Shown one piece after another: positions 1 to 8,493 of a stretch of DNA of 64,000 nucleotides; the stretch's first letter is position 1; every line of letters starts with the position of its first letter. The translations under genes and the position numbers were made by a program. The notes under the pieces were generated by a model. It was given only the letters and a program-made list of their open reading frames with translations, was not told the origin of the DNA and searched no databases. Source of the stretch: an uncultured delta proteobacterium (GTDB lineage Bacteria; Myxococcota_A; Polyangia; Polyangiales; Polyangiaceae); the NCBI GenBank assembly GCA_963782055.1, contig CAWAIF010000003.1, positions 6,823,948-6,887,947 of the forward strand. Reading direction: 5' to 3'.

Positions 1-2
1 AC

Positions 3-248
3 GACGGCGGGGAGGCGTCTCTGGATGGCGGCGCCCCCGTGGACGCAGCGGGCGTCGCCGTCTCCATGCGCTACTGCGCCACGCGCGCGGGCCCTGTGTC
101 CTCCTGCGACGCGGGCCCGGATGCCGGTTGGGTCCTTTATTGCCCTGACGGAACGAAGTGCGAGGTCTACCACCTAGGCATTTGGGGTTGCTGTTACCCA
201 CTTCACAAAGGATGCGGCTATGGCAATCCTCATTCCGTCTGTCGGTGA
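3..248 (+). CDS. Small Cys-rich secreted protein, 5'-truncated by the window edge. C-terminal motif YCATRAGPVSSCDAG...GIWGCC is shared with the next gene.
   Basis: Open frame from the window start to TGA at 246-248. Cys pattern and high third-position GC. Tandem paralog of the 380..871 gene. Confidence 0.4.
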   Translation, partial: DGGEASLDGGAPVDAAGVAVSMRYCATRAGPVSSCDAGPDAGWVLYCPDGTKCEVYHLGIWGCCYPLHKGCGYGNPHSVCR

Positions 249-379
249 TGGCCGCGCCTGTATCACCCACATCGGCACGCAGGGGCTTCAAGGGCAACGG
301 CACACCCGAGCAGGTGTTCCACAACGGCAGCACCACGTTGACGGTCGCCGTAGGCGCCGGTTGCCCCTGAGCGGCCACG

Positions 380-871
380 ATGTCGGAGCGCTCCATGCAT
401 GCCATCTATTGCACAATCACCGCCGCGACGCTCCTGGCGTGCGGCGGCCACATCGACACTGGGGGCGGCCAGAATGACGGCGATGGCGATGCATCGCTCG
501 ATGGCGGCGCGACCGTGGACGGGGCCGGGGTCGACGCAGTCGCCAAACCCTACTGCGCCACGCGCGCCGGCCCCGTGTCGTCCTGCGACGCGGGTGCCGA
601 CGGCGGGTAGGTGATGCGCTGCCCCGATGCCGTGACCGATTGTCGATTCGTCTCGGGCTTTTGGGGTTGCTGTACTAATACTCTGCAATACGTCTGCAGG
701 TATGCCTCTTCTACTGACGCGCCCGGCGCCCGGCTGTCAATGAGCGCCGTGACAGCCCTCATTTCGGAAGTCGCCGCACCGTACTCTGAAGGAGATTATA
801 TCCGGTGTCGCCCACCCAGTATACGTACTGGTCGTCTACCACCACCTCCGCGACCTGCTCAGGACCGGTGA
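380..871 (+). pseudogene. Cys-rich small lipoprotein, signal peptide with lipobox LLACGG. Reading frame is interrupted by an in-frame TAG at 608-610 that replaces a Trp conserved in the upstream paralog.
   Basis: ORF 380..610 ends GG*, and the same frame continues as 611..871 with the conserved CPD..C..GFWGCC motifs. Aligns to paralog 3..248, where TGG stands at this position. Confidence 0.35.
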
Positions 872-921
872 CCGCGAAAACCTGGTGATCGCCACAGGCC
901 GGCAGTTCGCACTTCTCGACG

Positions 922-1779
922 CTACCACCGAGCCCTTCCGTGGCCCAATACATGGAGGGGGCCATCGATCGCGAACGTCGCCCCTGTCGCGTCGAGCAGG
1001 ACCGGCGGTCCGGCGCATCCGGTGAGGGGACACCTCTGGATGTCTCCGTTAGTCCAGTAGACGACGCCGCTGGCGACGACGATGGCGGATATCTTCCGGT
1101 CCGTCGAAGCGAACGCCCTCGTCGTGCTCGTGCAGTCGGATTTCTGACACGTCATCAGCGCGTCCGACGTGCCCCAGAAGAGCGAGTCCGCACCGATGGC
1201 GATCGCGAACGGGGAGGCCTGGCCGCCGGCGAGCAGGGTGGGCTGGTTTCCGCAGCCCGCAATGTCGCAGCACATGACGGTGCCCTTCGTCCGCTCCGTC
1301 CAGTAGACGCTCGTCGCGTCGACGGCGATGCGCTCCGGGGCGATGGGACCGGAGACGAGGGTGGTCGGCGTCGCGCAGCCGGCGAGGGAGCATTCCTCGA
1401 TGGCCCCGGGCGCCGGCGGGACGGGCGATCGGGACCAGTAGACATTGGCGCCGTCGACGGCCAGATCGGTCGGAGAATCCTCGGTTGCGATCGTCTGAGG
1501 CTGGCAGTCGTCCTTGGCGCAGGCGGCGACCGTGCCGCCGGATTCAATCCAGTGAAGGCTCGTGGCGTCGACGACGAGCCGGTCCACAAAGTGGGGAGAC
1601 GATGAGGATGCGACATACGTCGGCGCCTGGAGGGACCAGCACTCGCCCTCCGCGCACGAGAGCCCGGGGGCGCACGTGCCACCTTCGAGGCAGGCTTGAC
1701 CCTGCTGTCCCGTGCCGACATCCGCCGGCTCGCCGCAGCCGGCGAGCAGCAAGGCTACGAGAATCGCCCGCGTGTCCAT
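922..1779 (-). CDS. Lipoprotein with repeated VYW / YWTD-like beta-propeller motifs. Paralog of 9074..10093. The 3' end is frameshifted at a C5 run near 955; the conserved C-terminus continues in ORF 759..965 in another frame.
   Basis: Signal peptide MDTRAILVALLLAGCG. Repeated D(A)TSVYWT / GANVYWS motifs. About 85% similar to 9074..10093. Frame break inferred by alignment to the paralog (FAIDG|SSMYWATGGLG). Confidence 0.55.
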   Translation of the reverse strand: MDTRAILVALLLAGCGEPADVGTGQQGQACLEGGTCAPGLSCAEGECWSLQAPTYVASSSSPHFVDRLVVDATSLHWIESGGTVAACAKDDCQPQTIATEDSPTDLAVDGANVYWSRSPVPPAPGAIEECSLAGCATPTTLVSGPIAPERIAVDATSVYWTERTKGTVMCCDIAGCGNQPTLLAGGQASPFAIAIGADSLFWGTSDALMTCQKSDCTSTTRAFASTDRKISAIVVASGVVYWTNGDIQRCPLTGCAGPPVLLDATGATFAIDGPLHVLGHGRARW

Positions 1780-1900
1780 CGGGTCGGAGCTTACGGGCTC
1801 CGAGGGCGGTGCGCACGCATCACCCATCCTCAACCCTTCTGATCTCTTGATCTTGCTGTTCCACAACCACCCACGATCACCCATCTTGCACACCGCGCGC

Positions 1901-3304
1901 TCAATCCGCGCCCTTGATGCTCGCCACCGGGTAGAGCCGCTTCGCGACGCGCGCGATCTCCTCCGCCTCCAGCACCGCGAGCACGGCGTCCAGGTCCTTG
2001 TAGACGTGCGCGCACTCGTCCAGCGGGATGTGCCGGTGGTTGCTGACGATGCCCTCGACGGTCACGCCGCCGAGCGTGCGCTTCACCGTCGCCATCTCCT
2101 GGTCGATGCGATCCTGCTTGTGCTCGAGCTGCCGCCGCGCCTTGCCCCGCGCCATCACCCGGCCGGAGCCGTGGTTGACCGAGCACGCGCTCGCGTACGC
2201 GTTGGCGTCGGCGAAGAGGATCGCCGCGCCCTCGTACATCGAGCCCGGGATGAGGCACGGGTGGCCGGTCTCCTCCCACGCGGTGCCCGCGAGGTCCGGG
2301 TGGCCCGCCGGGAAGGCCCGCGTCGCGCCCTTCCGGTGCACGAAGCCCCGTTGCGTCGTGCCATCCGGCAGCACCAGCGTCTCCTGCTGGACCAGGTTGT
2401 GGCTGATCTCGTAGTAGACCTCCACGTCGGCGCCGAAGACCTCCTGCGTCGCCTCCCGGATGCCGTTGACGATGACGTGCCGGTTGGCGACGGCGAAGTT
2501 CGCCGCGGAGTTGTGGTGGGCCCAGTACTCCTCGCCGAGCGGCTCGTCCGCCCGCAGCCACGACTCCTCCCGCCGGCTGGACGGCAGGCCCCGCAGCCGC
2601 GCGCCCTCGTAAAAGAAGTGGTTGGCGGTCTGCCAGCCGTAGCCCCGGCTGCCGCAGTGGACCATCACGTACACCTCTCCGGTGTCCCGGTCGCACTGCA
2701 TCTCGACGAAGTGGTTGCCGCCGCCGACGGAGCCGAGCTGCGGGAGCACGCTGGCGTACGCCTTCTGCACCTTGCGCAGGTCCGCGTCTTCCGGCACCGG
2801 GATGTACTGCCGCTCGCAGAGGTCGGCCGAGACGCCGAGCGCCTTGGCGCCGTGCCGCAAGATCTCCTCCGTCTGGCTCGCCTTGAACTTCGGCATGAGC
2901 TCCGGCCGGTGCCGGCCCTTGCCCGTCGCGATCCGCCGCTCCACCTCCCGCACCCACCGCTCCCGCGCGTACTTGCTCCGCACCGCGCCGGCGCCGAGGT
3001 CGGCCTTCATGGTGAGGATGCCGCAGGAGATGTCGTAGCCGGAGCCGCCCTGCAGGATGGTGTCGCTCGTGACGATGACCGAGCCGACCGGCACGCCGTA
3101 GCCGGTGTGCGTGTCGGGCATGAGGTACGCGCCGATGACGCCCTCGAAGCTGGCGCCGGCGTGGATCTGCTGCCACACCGTCTCCTCCGACGCCTCGTAG
3201 AGCGCCTCGGAGAGGAAGGCGTGCGCGTCCACCTTCATGGTCCCGGTCCTCGGGAGCACGTAGTGGTTCTCGGTCACCTTGGTGACGGCGTACTTGAGCG
3301 ACAT
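1901..3304 (-). CDS. rtcB: RNA-splicing ligase RtcB (3'-phosphate/5'-hydroxyl nucleic acid ligase)
   Basis: 467 aa. Conserved RtcB motifs are visible in the translation (GGNHF, MVHCGSRGYG, HNHA-like). Full-length family member. Confidence 0.93.
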   Translation of the reverse strand: MSLKYAVTKVTENHYVLPRTGTMKVDAHAFLSEALYEASEETVWQQIHAGASFEGVIGAYLMPDTHTGYGVPVGSVIVTSDTILQGGSGYDISCGILTMKADLGAGAVRSKYARERWVREVERRIATGKGRHRPELMPKFKASQTEEILRHGAKALGVSADLCERQYIPVPEDADLRKVQKAYASVLPQLGSVGGGNHFVEMQCDRDTGEVYVMVHCGSRGYGWQTANHFFYEGARLRGLPSSRREESWLRADEPLGEEYWAHHNSAANFAVANRHVIVNGIREATQEVFGADVEVYYEISHNLVQQETLVLPDGTTQRGFVHRKGATRAFPAGHPDLAGTAWEETGHPCLIPGSMYEGAAILFADANAYASACSVNHGSGRVMARGKARRQLEHKQDRIDQEMATVKRTLGGVTVEGIVSNHRHIPLDECAHVYKDLDAVLAVLEAEEIARVAKRLYPVASIKGAD

Positions 3305-3560
3305 GGCGTGGTCACCGACGGGGTGAGGCGAGCGTACCGGACATCGGTCCGCGGGAGGTCACGGCGTCGTCGGGCCCCGGGCACTGCGCATGCGAACCCG
3401 CATGATTCTTTGCGGAGGCACGCGTTCAGGAACGTAGCGGGCCCACACGCACCCCACTAAAGTGCAATCCATCGCCGTCGTGCGTTGACGAGCTGGAGTT
3501 CCTCCTCCAGGCTGCTCGGGCGAGGAGGGAGCCATGAGCAAGCAAGCATCCGGGCGGTGG
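3063..3560. repeat. Direct repeat copy 1 (~500 bp, ~92% identical to 5263..5765). Spans the rtcB 5' coding end plus its upstream region up to an ATG-(GCAA)2 tract.
   Basis: Direct alignment of the two stretches in the sequence. Divergence begins exactly at the GCAA tract on one side and inside rtcB codon ~80 on the other. Confidence 0.8.
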
Positions 3561-3700
3561 GAGCTGCCAGTAGCCTGCGCTCGCCGCGTCGGAACGGAGG
3601 CGGAGGTCTCGTAGGCGACGCGCACCACGTGGGGGATGGCGGCCATCGTTCAGGTTGAGGTCCGCGTTGGGCACCCTCTCCCGCATGAGCCACGCGAGAT

Positions 3701-3756
3701 CACTTTAGTGGTCTATTTTGTGGACGACGGCAAACATTTGGACCACTTTAGTGGTC
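3701..3756. promoter_or_regulatory. Two palindromic operator-like sites with core CACTTTAGTG. Site 1 is 3701-3710. Site 2 is the 16-bp palindrome GACCACTTTAGTGGTC at 3741-3756, which abuts the hipA-like ATG at 3758. The same 10-mer in inverse orientation (CACTAAAGTG) occurs at 3455-3464 and 5652-5661.
   Basis: Seen directly. Inverted-repeat arms CCACT/AGTGG separated by TT. Position overlaps the RBS/start of the downstream toxin gene, as is typical of HTH-antitoxin autoregulation. Confidence 0.45.
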
Positions 3757-3757
3757 C

Positions 3758-5020
3758 ATGCCTCGCTGTACGCTGGAAATATTCGTGGGGAAGCGCTGGG
3801 CGCGCGCGGGCGAGGTGCACGTCACCGACGAGGCGGCCGGCTACGCCGGTCCAGCCCGCTTCGAGTACGACTTCGACTACCTCGAGGGCCACGGGGATGC
3901 GCTCGGGGCCGTCGACGCGCGCGCGGTGTCGTGCCGCTATCCACTCGCTTACGACGTGCGCGACGAACCGCGCTGGCCCGCGTTCTTGCTCGACGTGATC
4001 CCGTCCGGCGCGGCGAGACGCTTCTGGGAGCGGGAGCTCGGGGTCGCGAACGTTGCTTCCTCCGACTGGGCCGTGCTCCTGCGCGGCGGGGGCAATCCGC
4101 CCGGTAACCTTCGCATCGCCGAGGCGGCGCCACCGCCACCCAGGGCGCACCGGGGCTTCGCCCGCGCAGACGTCGTGGCGCGGGCAGAGCGCTTTCTCGA
4201 GCACGCTCGCGCCCACGGTGCGGAGGTCGCCGGAGCCACCGGCGCGGGAGGCGACTCTCCCAAGCTGCTCTTGCGCGAAGATCGCACCGGGCGCTTCCAC
4301 GCCGACGGCGCGATCGACGACGCGGCGACACGCGCGCTCTGGCTCGTGAAGTTCCCGCGATCGCGCAAGGACGTGGACCGGCTCGTGCTGGAGACCGAAG
4401 CCGGGTACCACCGCGTCGCGCGGCGCTTCGGCGTGCGCGTGCACGCCGACCTCACCTGGGAGAGTGACTGCCTCTTCGTACCGCGCTTCGATCGGGTGCT
4501 CGAGGAAGACGGGGGGGTTCGCAGGCTCGGCCTGGAGAGTCTGTGCTCGCTCGCGGGGGTCTCCGACTTCGGGGTGCCGGTCACCAAGGAGGCGCAGGCG
4601 GAAGCGCTCGTGAAGTTCGCCTCGGATCCGGTAGAGGCGCTTCACGAATTCGTGCTCCGCGACGTGCTCAACGTCGCCCTCGGCAATACCGACAATCACG
4701 CGCGGAATACCGCGGTCCTCAAGGACGAGCGCGGCAGCGTCGCGCTGTCACCCCTCTACGATTTCGCCCCGATGCTCCTCGACTCCGAGGGCATCGTCCG
4801 CGTGTGCCGCTGGAGCGACGAGGTGGCCGGGTTCCCGCGCTGGACGGCGGCGCGCGAGGCGCTCGGTGAAGGCGGGATCAGCTGGCTGAGATCGATCGCC
4901 CATCGCGTGCGCACGCTGCCGCGGTGGCTGGACGAGGAGCGCGTCCCCCAGCGGGTTCGCGAGGCGGTGCTCCCGCGCATCGCGCGCGTCGCGCACGACC
5001 TGGAGGAGGGCACGAGGTGA
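3758..5020 (+). CDS. hipA: HipA-like Ser/Thr kinase toxin-family protein (HipA C-terminal kinase fold)
   Basis: 420 aa. Catalytic-loop-like motif NTDNHARNTAV (compare HipA GATDGHAKNFSV), LSPLYDFAPM (compare LTPFYDIISA), and an N-terminal LEIFVGKRWARAGEV coupling-domain-like start. Confidence 0.78.
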   Translation: MPRCTLEIFVGKRWARAGEVHVTDEAAGYAGPARFEYDFDYLEGHGDALGAVDARAVSCRYPLAYDVRDEPRWPAFLLDVIPSGAARRFWERELGVANVASSDWAVLLRGGGNPPGNLRIAEAAPPPPRAHRGFARADVVARAERFLEHARAHGAEVAGATGAGGDSPKLLLREDRTGRFHADGAIDDAATRALWLVKFPRSRKDVDRLVLETEAGYHRVARRFGVRVHADLTWESDCLFVPRFDRVLEEDGGVRRLGLESLCSLAGVSDFGVPVTKEAQAEALVKFASDPVEALHEFVLRDVLNVALGNTDNHARNTAVLKDERGSVALSPLYDFAPMLLDSEGIVRVCRWSDEVAGFPRWTAAREALGEGGISWLRSIAHRVRTLPRWLDEERVPQRVREAVLPRIARVAHDLEEGTR

Positions 5021-5280
5021 CCAAGGAGGAACGCGCGACGCTGCGCCGCGAGCTCTATGCCCGGATAGACCGCGGAGACATCGGGCTCGTGGAGGCCATC
5101 CGCACCATGCGCAGGATCGTCGGCAAGAGCCAGGTCGACTACGCGCGGCTCGTCGGGGTCAGCCCGCGCATCCTCAAGGAGATCGAGCGCGGCGTGGGGA
5201 ACCCGACAATGGAGACGCTCCGGAAGATCCTTCGTCCGTTCCGGCTCGACGTGGGCGTGCGCCGGGCGTCGTCACGATGA
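5017..5280 (+). CDS. XRE-family helix-turn-helix DNA-binding protein (HipB-like antitoxin candidate). Its GTG start overlaps the hipA-like stop (GTGA).
   Basis: VTKEERATLRRELYARI...QVDYARLVGVSPRILKEIERGVGNPTMETLRKIL is a typical XRE HTH. The 4-nt overlap suggests translational coupling. Gene order toxin-then-HTH is the reverse of canonical hipBA. Confidence 0.6.
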   Translation: MTKEERATLRRELYARIDRGDIGLVEAIRTMRRIVGKSQVDYARLVGVSPRILKEIERGVGNPTMETLRKILRPFRLDVGVRRASSR

Positions 5281-5506
5281 CCGAGCCGACCGGCACGCCG
5301 TAGCGGGTGTGGGTGTCGGGCATGAGGTACGCGCCGATGACGCCCTCGAAGCTGGCGCCGGCGTGGATCTGCTGCCACACCGTCTCCTCCGACGCCTCGG
5401 AGAGCGCCTCGGACAGGAAGGCGTGCGTGTCCACCTTCATGGTCCCGGTCCTCGGGAGCACGTAGTGGTTCTCGGTCACCTTGGTGACGGCGTACTGGAG
5501 CGACAT
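5174..5506 (-). pseudogene. Truncated duplicate of the rtcB 5' end (first ~80 codons only). Homology stops at the repeat boundary, after which the reading frame runs into unrelated sequence.
   Basis: MSLQYAVTKVTENHYVLPRTGTMKVDTHAF...GSVIVT matches the RtcB N-terminus at ~90%. Lies inside direct repeat copy 2. Confidence 0.7.
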
Positions 5507-5765
5507 GGCGAGGTCACCGACGGGTGAGGCGAAGATACCGGACACCGGTCCGCGGGAGGTCGCGGCGTTGTCGGCCCGCACACTGCGCATGCCAACCCGC
5601 ATGATTCTTTGCGGAGCCACATGTTCATGAGGGAGCGCGCCCACACCCGCCCACTAAAGTGCAATCCATCGACCGCCGTGCGTTGACAAGCTAGAGTTCC
5701 TCCCCCAGGCTGCTCGGGCGAGGAGGGAGCCATGAGCAAGCAAGCAAGCAAGCAAGCAAGCGCAA
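5263..5765. repeat. Direct repeat copy 2 of the rtcB 5'/promoter segment (partner of 3063..3560). The GCAA tract at its end is expanded to 6 units.
   Basis: Sequence alignment to 3063..3560. Confidence 0.8.
5736..5759 (+). repeat. Tetranucleotide microsatellite (GCAA)6. It lies immediately after an SD-preceded ATG (5732-5734) and upstream of an out-of-frame lipoprotein signal peptide.
   Basis: Seen directly. GGAGGgagccATGa then GCAAx6. The duplicated copy at 3538-3545 has only 2 units. Confidence 0.9.
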
Positions 5766-5792
5766 TCTTCGGGCCTTCGACGCCGCACGCTC

Positions 5793-7667
5793 TTGAGCGC
5801 GCTCGTCGCGGTCTGCGGCACGTCGATGCTCGGCTGGACCTGCGGTGACCCACCCGTCCGGCTCGGAGGCAACGACCTGATCTTCGGTACGCAAGCGCCG
5901 GGGAGCGGCGCGGGCAGCGTGGCGCGCTTGCAGCTCGGCTCGTCCGCGCCTTTCGACCACTGGGACTACCGCGGCGACGCGCTCATCGCCAACGCGGCGA
6001 ACAGCGGTGACCCGGCGAACGAACCGCTCGACCCGTTCGACTTGCCCGCGTACCCCATCGACGGAACGGGGCCCGGAGGCAACCTGAACGTCGAGTACGT
6101 CTTGCAGCACGCATTCTGGGTCACGCGGCAGGGGCGGCATGGGTCCGTCGATCTCGCCGACCAGCACGAGATCATGCTCTTCGCGCGCGATCCCCAGGAG
6201 CAGGCGGAGACGATGCGGAGCTTCGTCGGGAACTACGCGGACGCGGGTACGGCGATCCAGTTCTTCCCGGGCGACTGGGGCAACCTCTGGAACGTGGCCG
6301 CCGTCCCGCTTCCCCGTGGGTTCGTGTACCCTCCCAGCGCCAACTACAACCTCGGCACGCTCGACGAACCGCTACCCGTTCCGCTGACCTTCCCCCTGGT
6401 CGACAAGGCCATCTTCTGGCCGAACTACGTCCCGGTGGGGCCGGGCACGGAGCCCGATGGGCACTCCTCGGTCAAGGCGGTGAAGATCATCAACCGCGGT
6501 CTCTGCGGCAGGGAGCTGCCGTACTACACCGGCGATCCGGACAACCCCGGCATCCTCGAGACCGTGGTGGCCGAGGCCGCTCCGGCGATCGCCGGAGGCA
6601 TCGTCAACGCGGACTGTCACGCCGACGTCACCGTACCCTGGTCGCAGGCCGGCTCCTTCATCGACTTCACCACGGAGCGGGAGGATCGCCAACTCGGAGG
6701 CTTCTTCTTCAACATGGCCGAGAGGTCGTCCGGGTACCTCGGCGTGCAGAGCAAGGTCCTGGCCCGGGCCGCCATCCGGTTCGAGCTCTTCGACGGCCGA
6801 CTCTCCTCGGAAGGCGAGATGGTCCACACCAACGCCGCCGGCGGCCTCGGCGAGGCCGGCGGACTCGTGAGCGACAAGGTCGTCGTCGCCGTGTCCAACG
6901 TCCTCACGAGGGCGATGGACGCACCGCTTCCCACGAACGCCGAGCCAGAGACCCTCGCGGAGACGATTTACCGCGCGTCGGGCGACCTGCAGGGCTACGC
7001 GGGCAGCGACGGGTACAACAAGGCGAAGAAGAAGTTCAACATCGACACCGTGACCGGTCAAACCCGTGTCGATCTGGACGCGACCGGAGGGGACGACTCG
7101 GTGCCGCCGACCACGGCCGACCTGTCCGCGACGCGCTGTGCGGTGTTCGTGGATAGCTTTCGTCACCAGCTCAAGCAGGGCGACCTGCCGGTCGTTGCCC
7201 CCATCCTCGGCCTGACCCCGGCGGAGCGGCAGCAGGTGTGGGACGCGAAGCTCAACGAGACCGAGGTCCGGAACGGCAAGACCGTGCTCAAGAACTTCCG
7301 CTGCGTCCACAGACCCGACAATCCGAAGGACCAGGACCCCAACGAAGGGATCTGCGAGTACGTCGTCCGCGCGAAACGGGTCAACGTCTTTCCCGACGGT
7401 GTGGAGCTGGTCCTGCTCGACGACCTCAAGGACATCAACCAGGCGGCTTATCCGGTGTGGGTCCACGCGATGGCTGCGCAGCTCACCGGGACGGCCGACG
7501 CGCTGAGCAACGTCTGCGATCCACCCCGGTCCCAGGGCGCGACATACACCTTTCGCCCTTTCGTGAGCCCCTTCAAGCTCACCAGCCACGGGGACCGCCA
7601 CTTCCGCTGCGCGGACTCCTGCACGGCGTTTCTCCCGGACTTCTGCTCCCATGTCGAAGAGTACTGA
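5793..7667 (+). CDS. Large secreted lipoprotein of unknown function. The track start (TTG 5793) falls inside the signal-peptide hydrophobic core; the functional start is probably ATG 5732, which requires a change in the GCAA tract length.
   Basis: In the main frame the upstream sequence encodes ...SGLRRRTLLSALVAVCG (n-region RRR, h-region, lipobox AVCG). It contains no ATG/GTG/TTG between a TGA at 5733-5735 and 5793. High third-position GC through 7667. Confidence 0.65.
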   Translation: MSALVAVCGTSMLGWTCGDPPVRLGGNDLIFGTQAPGSGAGSVARLQLGSSAPFDHWDYRGDALIANAANSGDPANEPLDPFDLPAYPIDGTGPGGNLNVEYVLQHAFWVTRQGRHGSVDLADQHEIMLFARDPQEQAETMRSFVGNYADAGTAIQFFPGDWGNLWNVAAVPLPRGFVYPPSANYNLGTLDEPLPVPLTFPLVDKAIFWPNYVPVGPGTEPDGHSSVKAVKIINRGLCGRELPYYTGDPDNPGILETVVAEAAPAIAGGIVNADCHADVTVPWSQAGSFIDFTTEREDRQLGGFFFNMAERSSGYLGVQSKVLARAAIRFELFDGRLSSEGEMVHTNAAGGLGEAGGLVSDKVVVAVSNVLTRAMDAPLPTNAEPETLAETIYRASGDLQGYAGSDGYNKAKKKFNIDTVTGQTRVDLDATGGDDSVPPTTADLSATRCAVFVDSFRHQLKQGDLPVVAPILGLTPAERQQVWDAKLNETEVRNGKTVLKNFRCVHRPDNPKDQDPNEGICEYVVRAKRVNVFPDGVELVLLDDLKDINQAAYPVWVHAMAAQLTGTADALSNVCDPPRSQGATYTFRPFVSPFKLTSHGDRHFRCADSCTAFLPDFCSHVEEY

Positions 7668-8493
7668 GGTCCGGCCGAAGGCGGGCCGACGGCTCGAAGG
7701 GCGCACAGTGACCGAGCTGGGACGAACACGCATCAATCATGTCGCGGCGCTACTAGTCGTACCCATGCTCGTGATCGCGGCGTGCGGAGGAGAGATCACG
7801 GACAATGGCCAGGACGGGGGAGCAGACACCGGTCTAGCTGGTGATGGCTCGGGCACGGACGCCGGCTACACCCAGTGTGTTGCGCCCAACGACGACTCGC
7901 TGTGTGGTGGCCAGTGCTCGGATGTCTGCGCATCCGGCTTTCCCTGCCTGAAGGACACGCAAGAAGTCTTGGGTCTGTGTCCGCGAAAGGGGGCGCACCT
8001 CGGGGGCGACTGTACTCGCTGCGCAGACGGCTACCTGTGTACCGACCGTACTACCCTCACCGATCCAGCCGGCGCATACTGCGCCGACGAGGAGTACGGC
8101 GTACTCCTTGCCATGAACGGGAAGAGCGACTGGGTCCGCTACTCCGACCGCGCGGCCTACACCGGCGCGCCGATCCCGCCGCCTCCCACCACCTGCCCCG
8201 ACGTCCCAGGCCTCCACCTCTGCGGCGGGGCCTGCGGTGACTGCCCGAGCGGGTGGTTCTGCATCGGCCGCTCGCCCATGCACCCCATCAGCCTGTGCTT
8301 CCCGCCAGGGGCCAACAGCCAGGGTCCCTACTCGTGCTCCAAGCCGGGACCTTGTGACATCATCGGACAGCACTGCTTCACCTTCAAGGTGGACAGCGCA
8401 TCGCAAGCCATCGCGGACGCGAACGGTCTGTGCGTGACGGACGCGCAGTGCCCGCTCGCCGCGCAGTACCCCGGGGGCGGGAGCTGCCAGTAG
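7651..8493 (+). CDS. Cys-rich secreted lipoprotein. Paralog of 29075..29950 with a shared C-terminal motif FTFKV..SQ.IADANG.C....QLPGGG.C.
   Basis: Signal peptide with lipobox LVIAACGG. 28 Cys. Paralogy seen directly. Confidence 0.62.
   Translation: MSKSTEVRPKAGRRLEGRTVTELGRTRINHVAALLVVPMLVIAACGGEITDNGQDGGADTGLAGDGSGTDAGYTQCVAPNDDSLCGGQCSDVCASGFPCLKDTQEVLGLCPRKGAHLGGDCTRCADGYLCTDRTTLTDPAGAYCADEEYGVLLAMNGKSDWVRYSDRAAYTGAPIPPPPTTCPDVPGLHLCGGACGDCPSGWFCIGRSPMHPISLCFPPGANSQGPYSCSKPGPCDIIGQHCFTFKVDSASQAIADANGLCVTDAQCPLAAQYPGGGSCQ

Noticed and set aside
3369-3384. Sigma54-type promoter (GGCAC-N5-TGC) for rtcB
   Set aside because: The motif is on the plus strand and points away from rtcB (which is on the minus strand). 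No rtcR or rtcA is adjacent. It is kept only as a weak note under the hipA cassette finding.
1712-3460. Long plus-strand ORF (582 aa) and minus-strand ORF 1830..3176 overlapping rtcB
   Set aside because: Their translations are Arg/Ala/Gly/Pro-rich low-complexity strings typical of alternate frames in 70% GC DNA. rtcB occupies the real frame.
5174-5644. Second rtcB gene
   Set aside because: Only the first ~80 codons are homologous. The rest of the ORF is out-of-repeat sequence, so it is a duplication-derived fragment.
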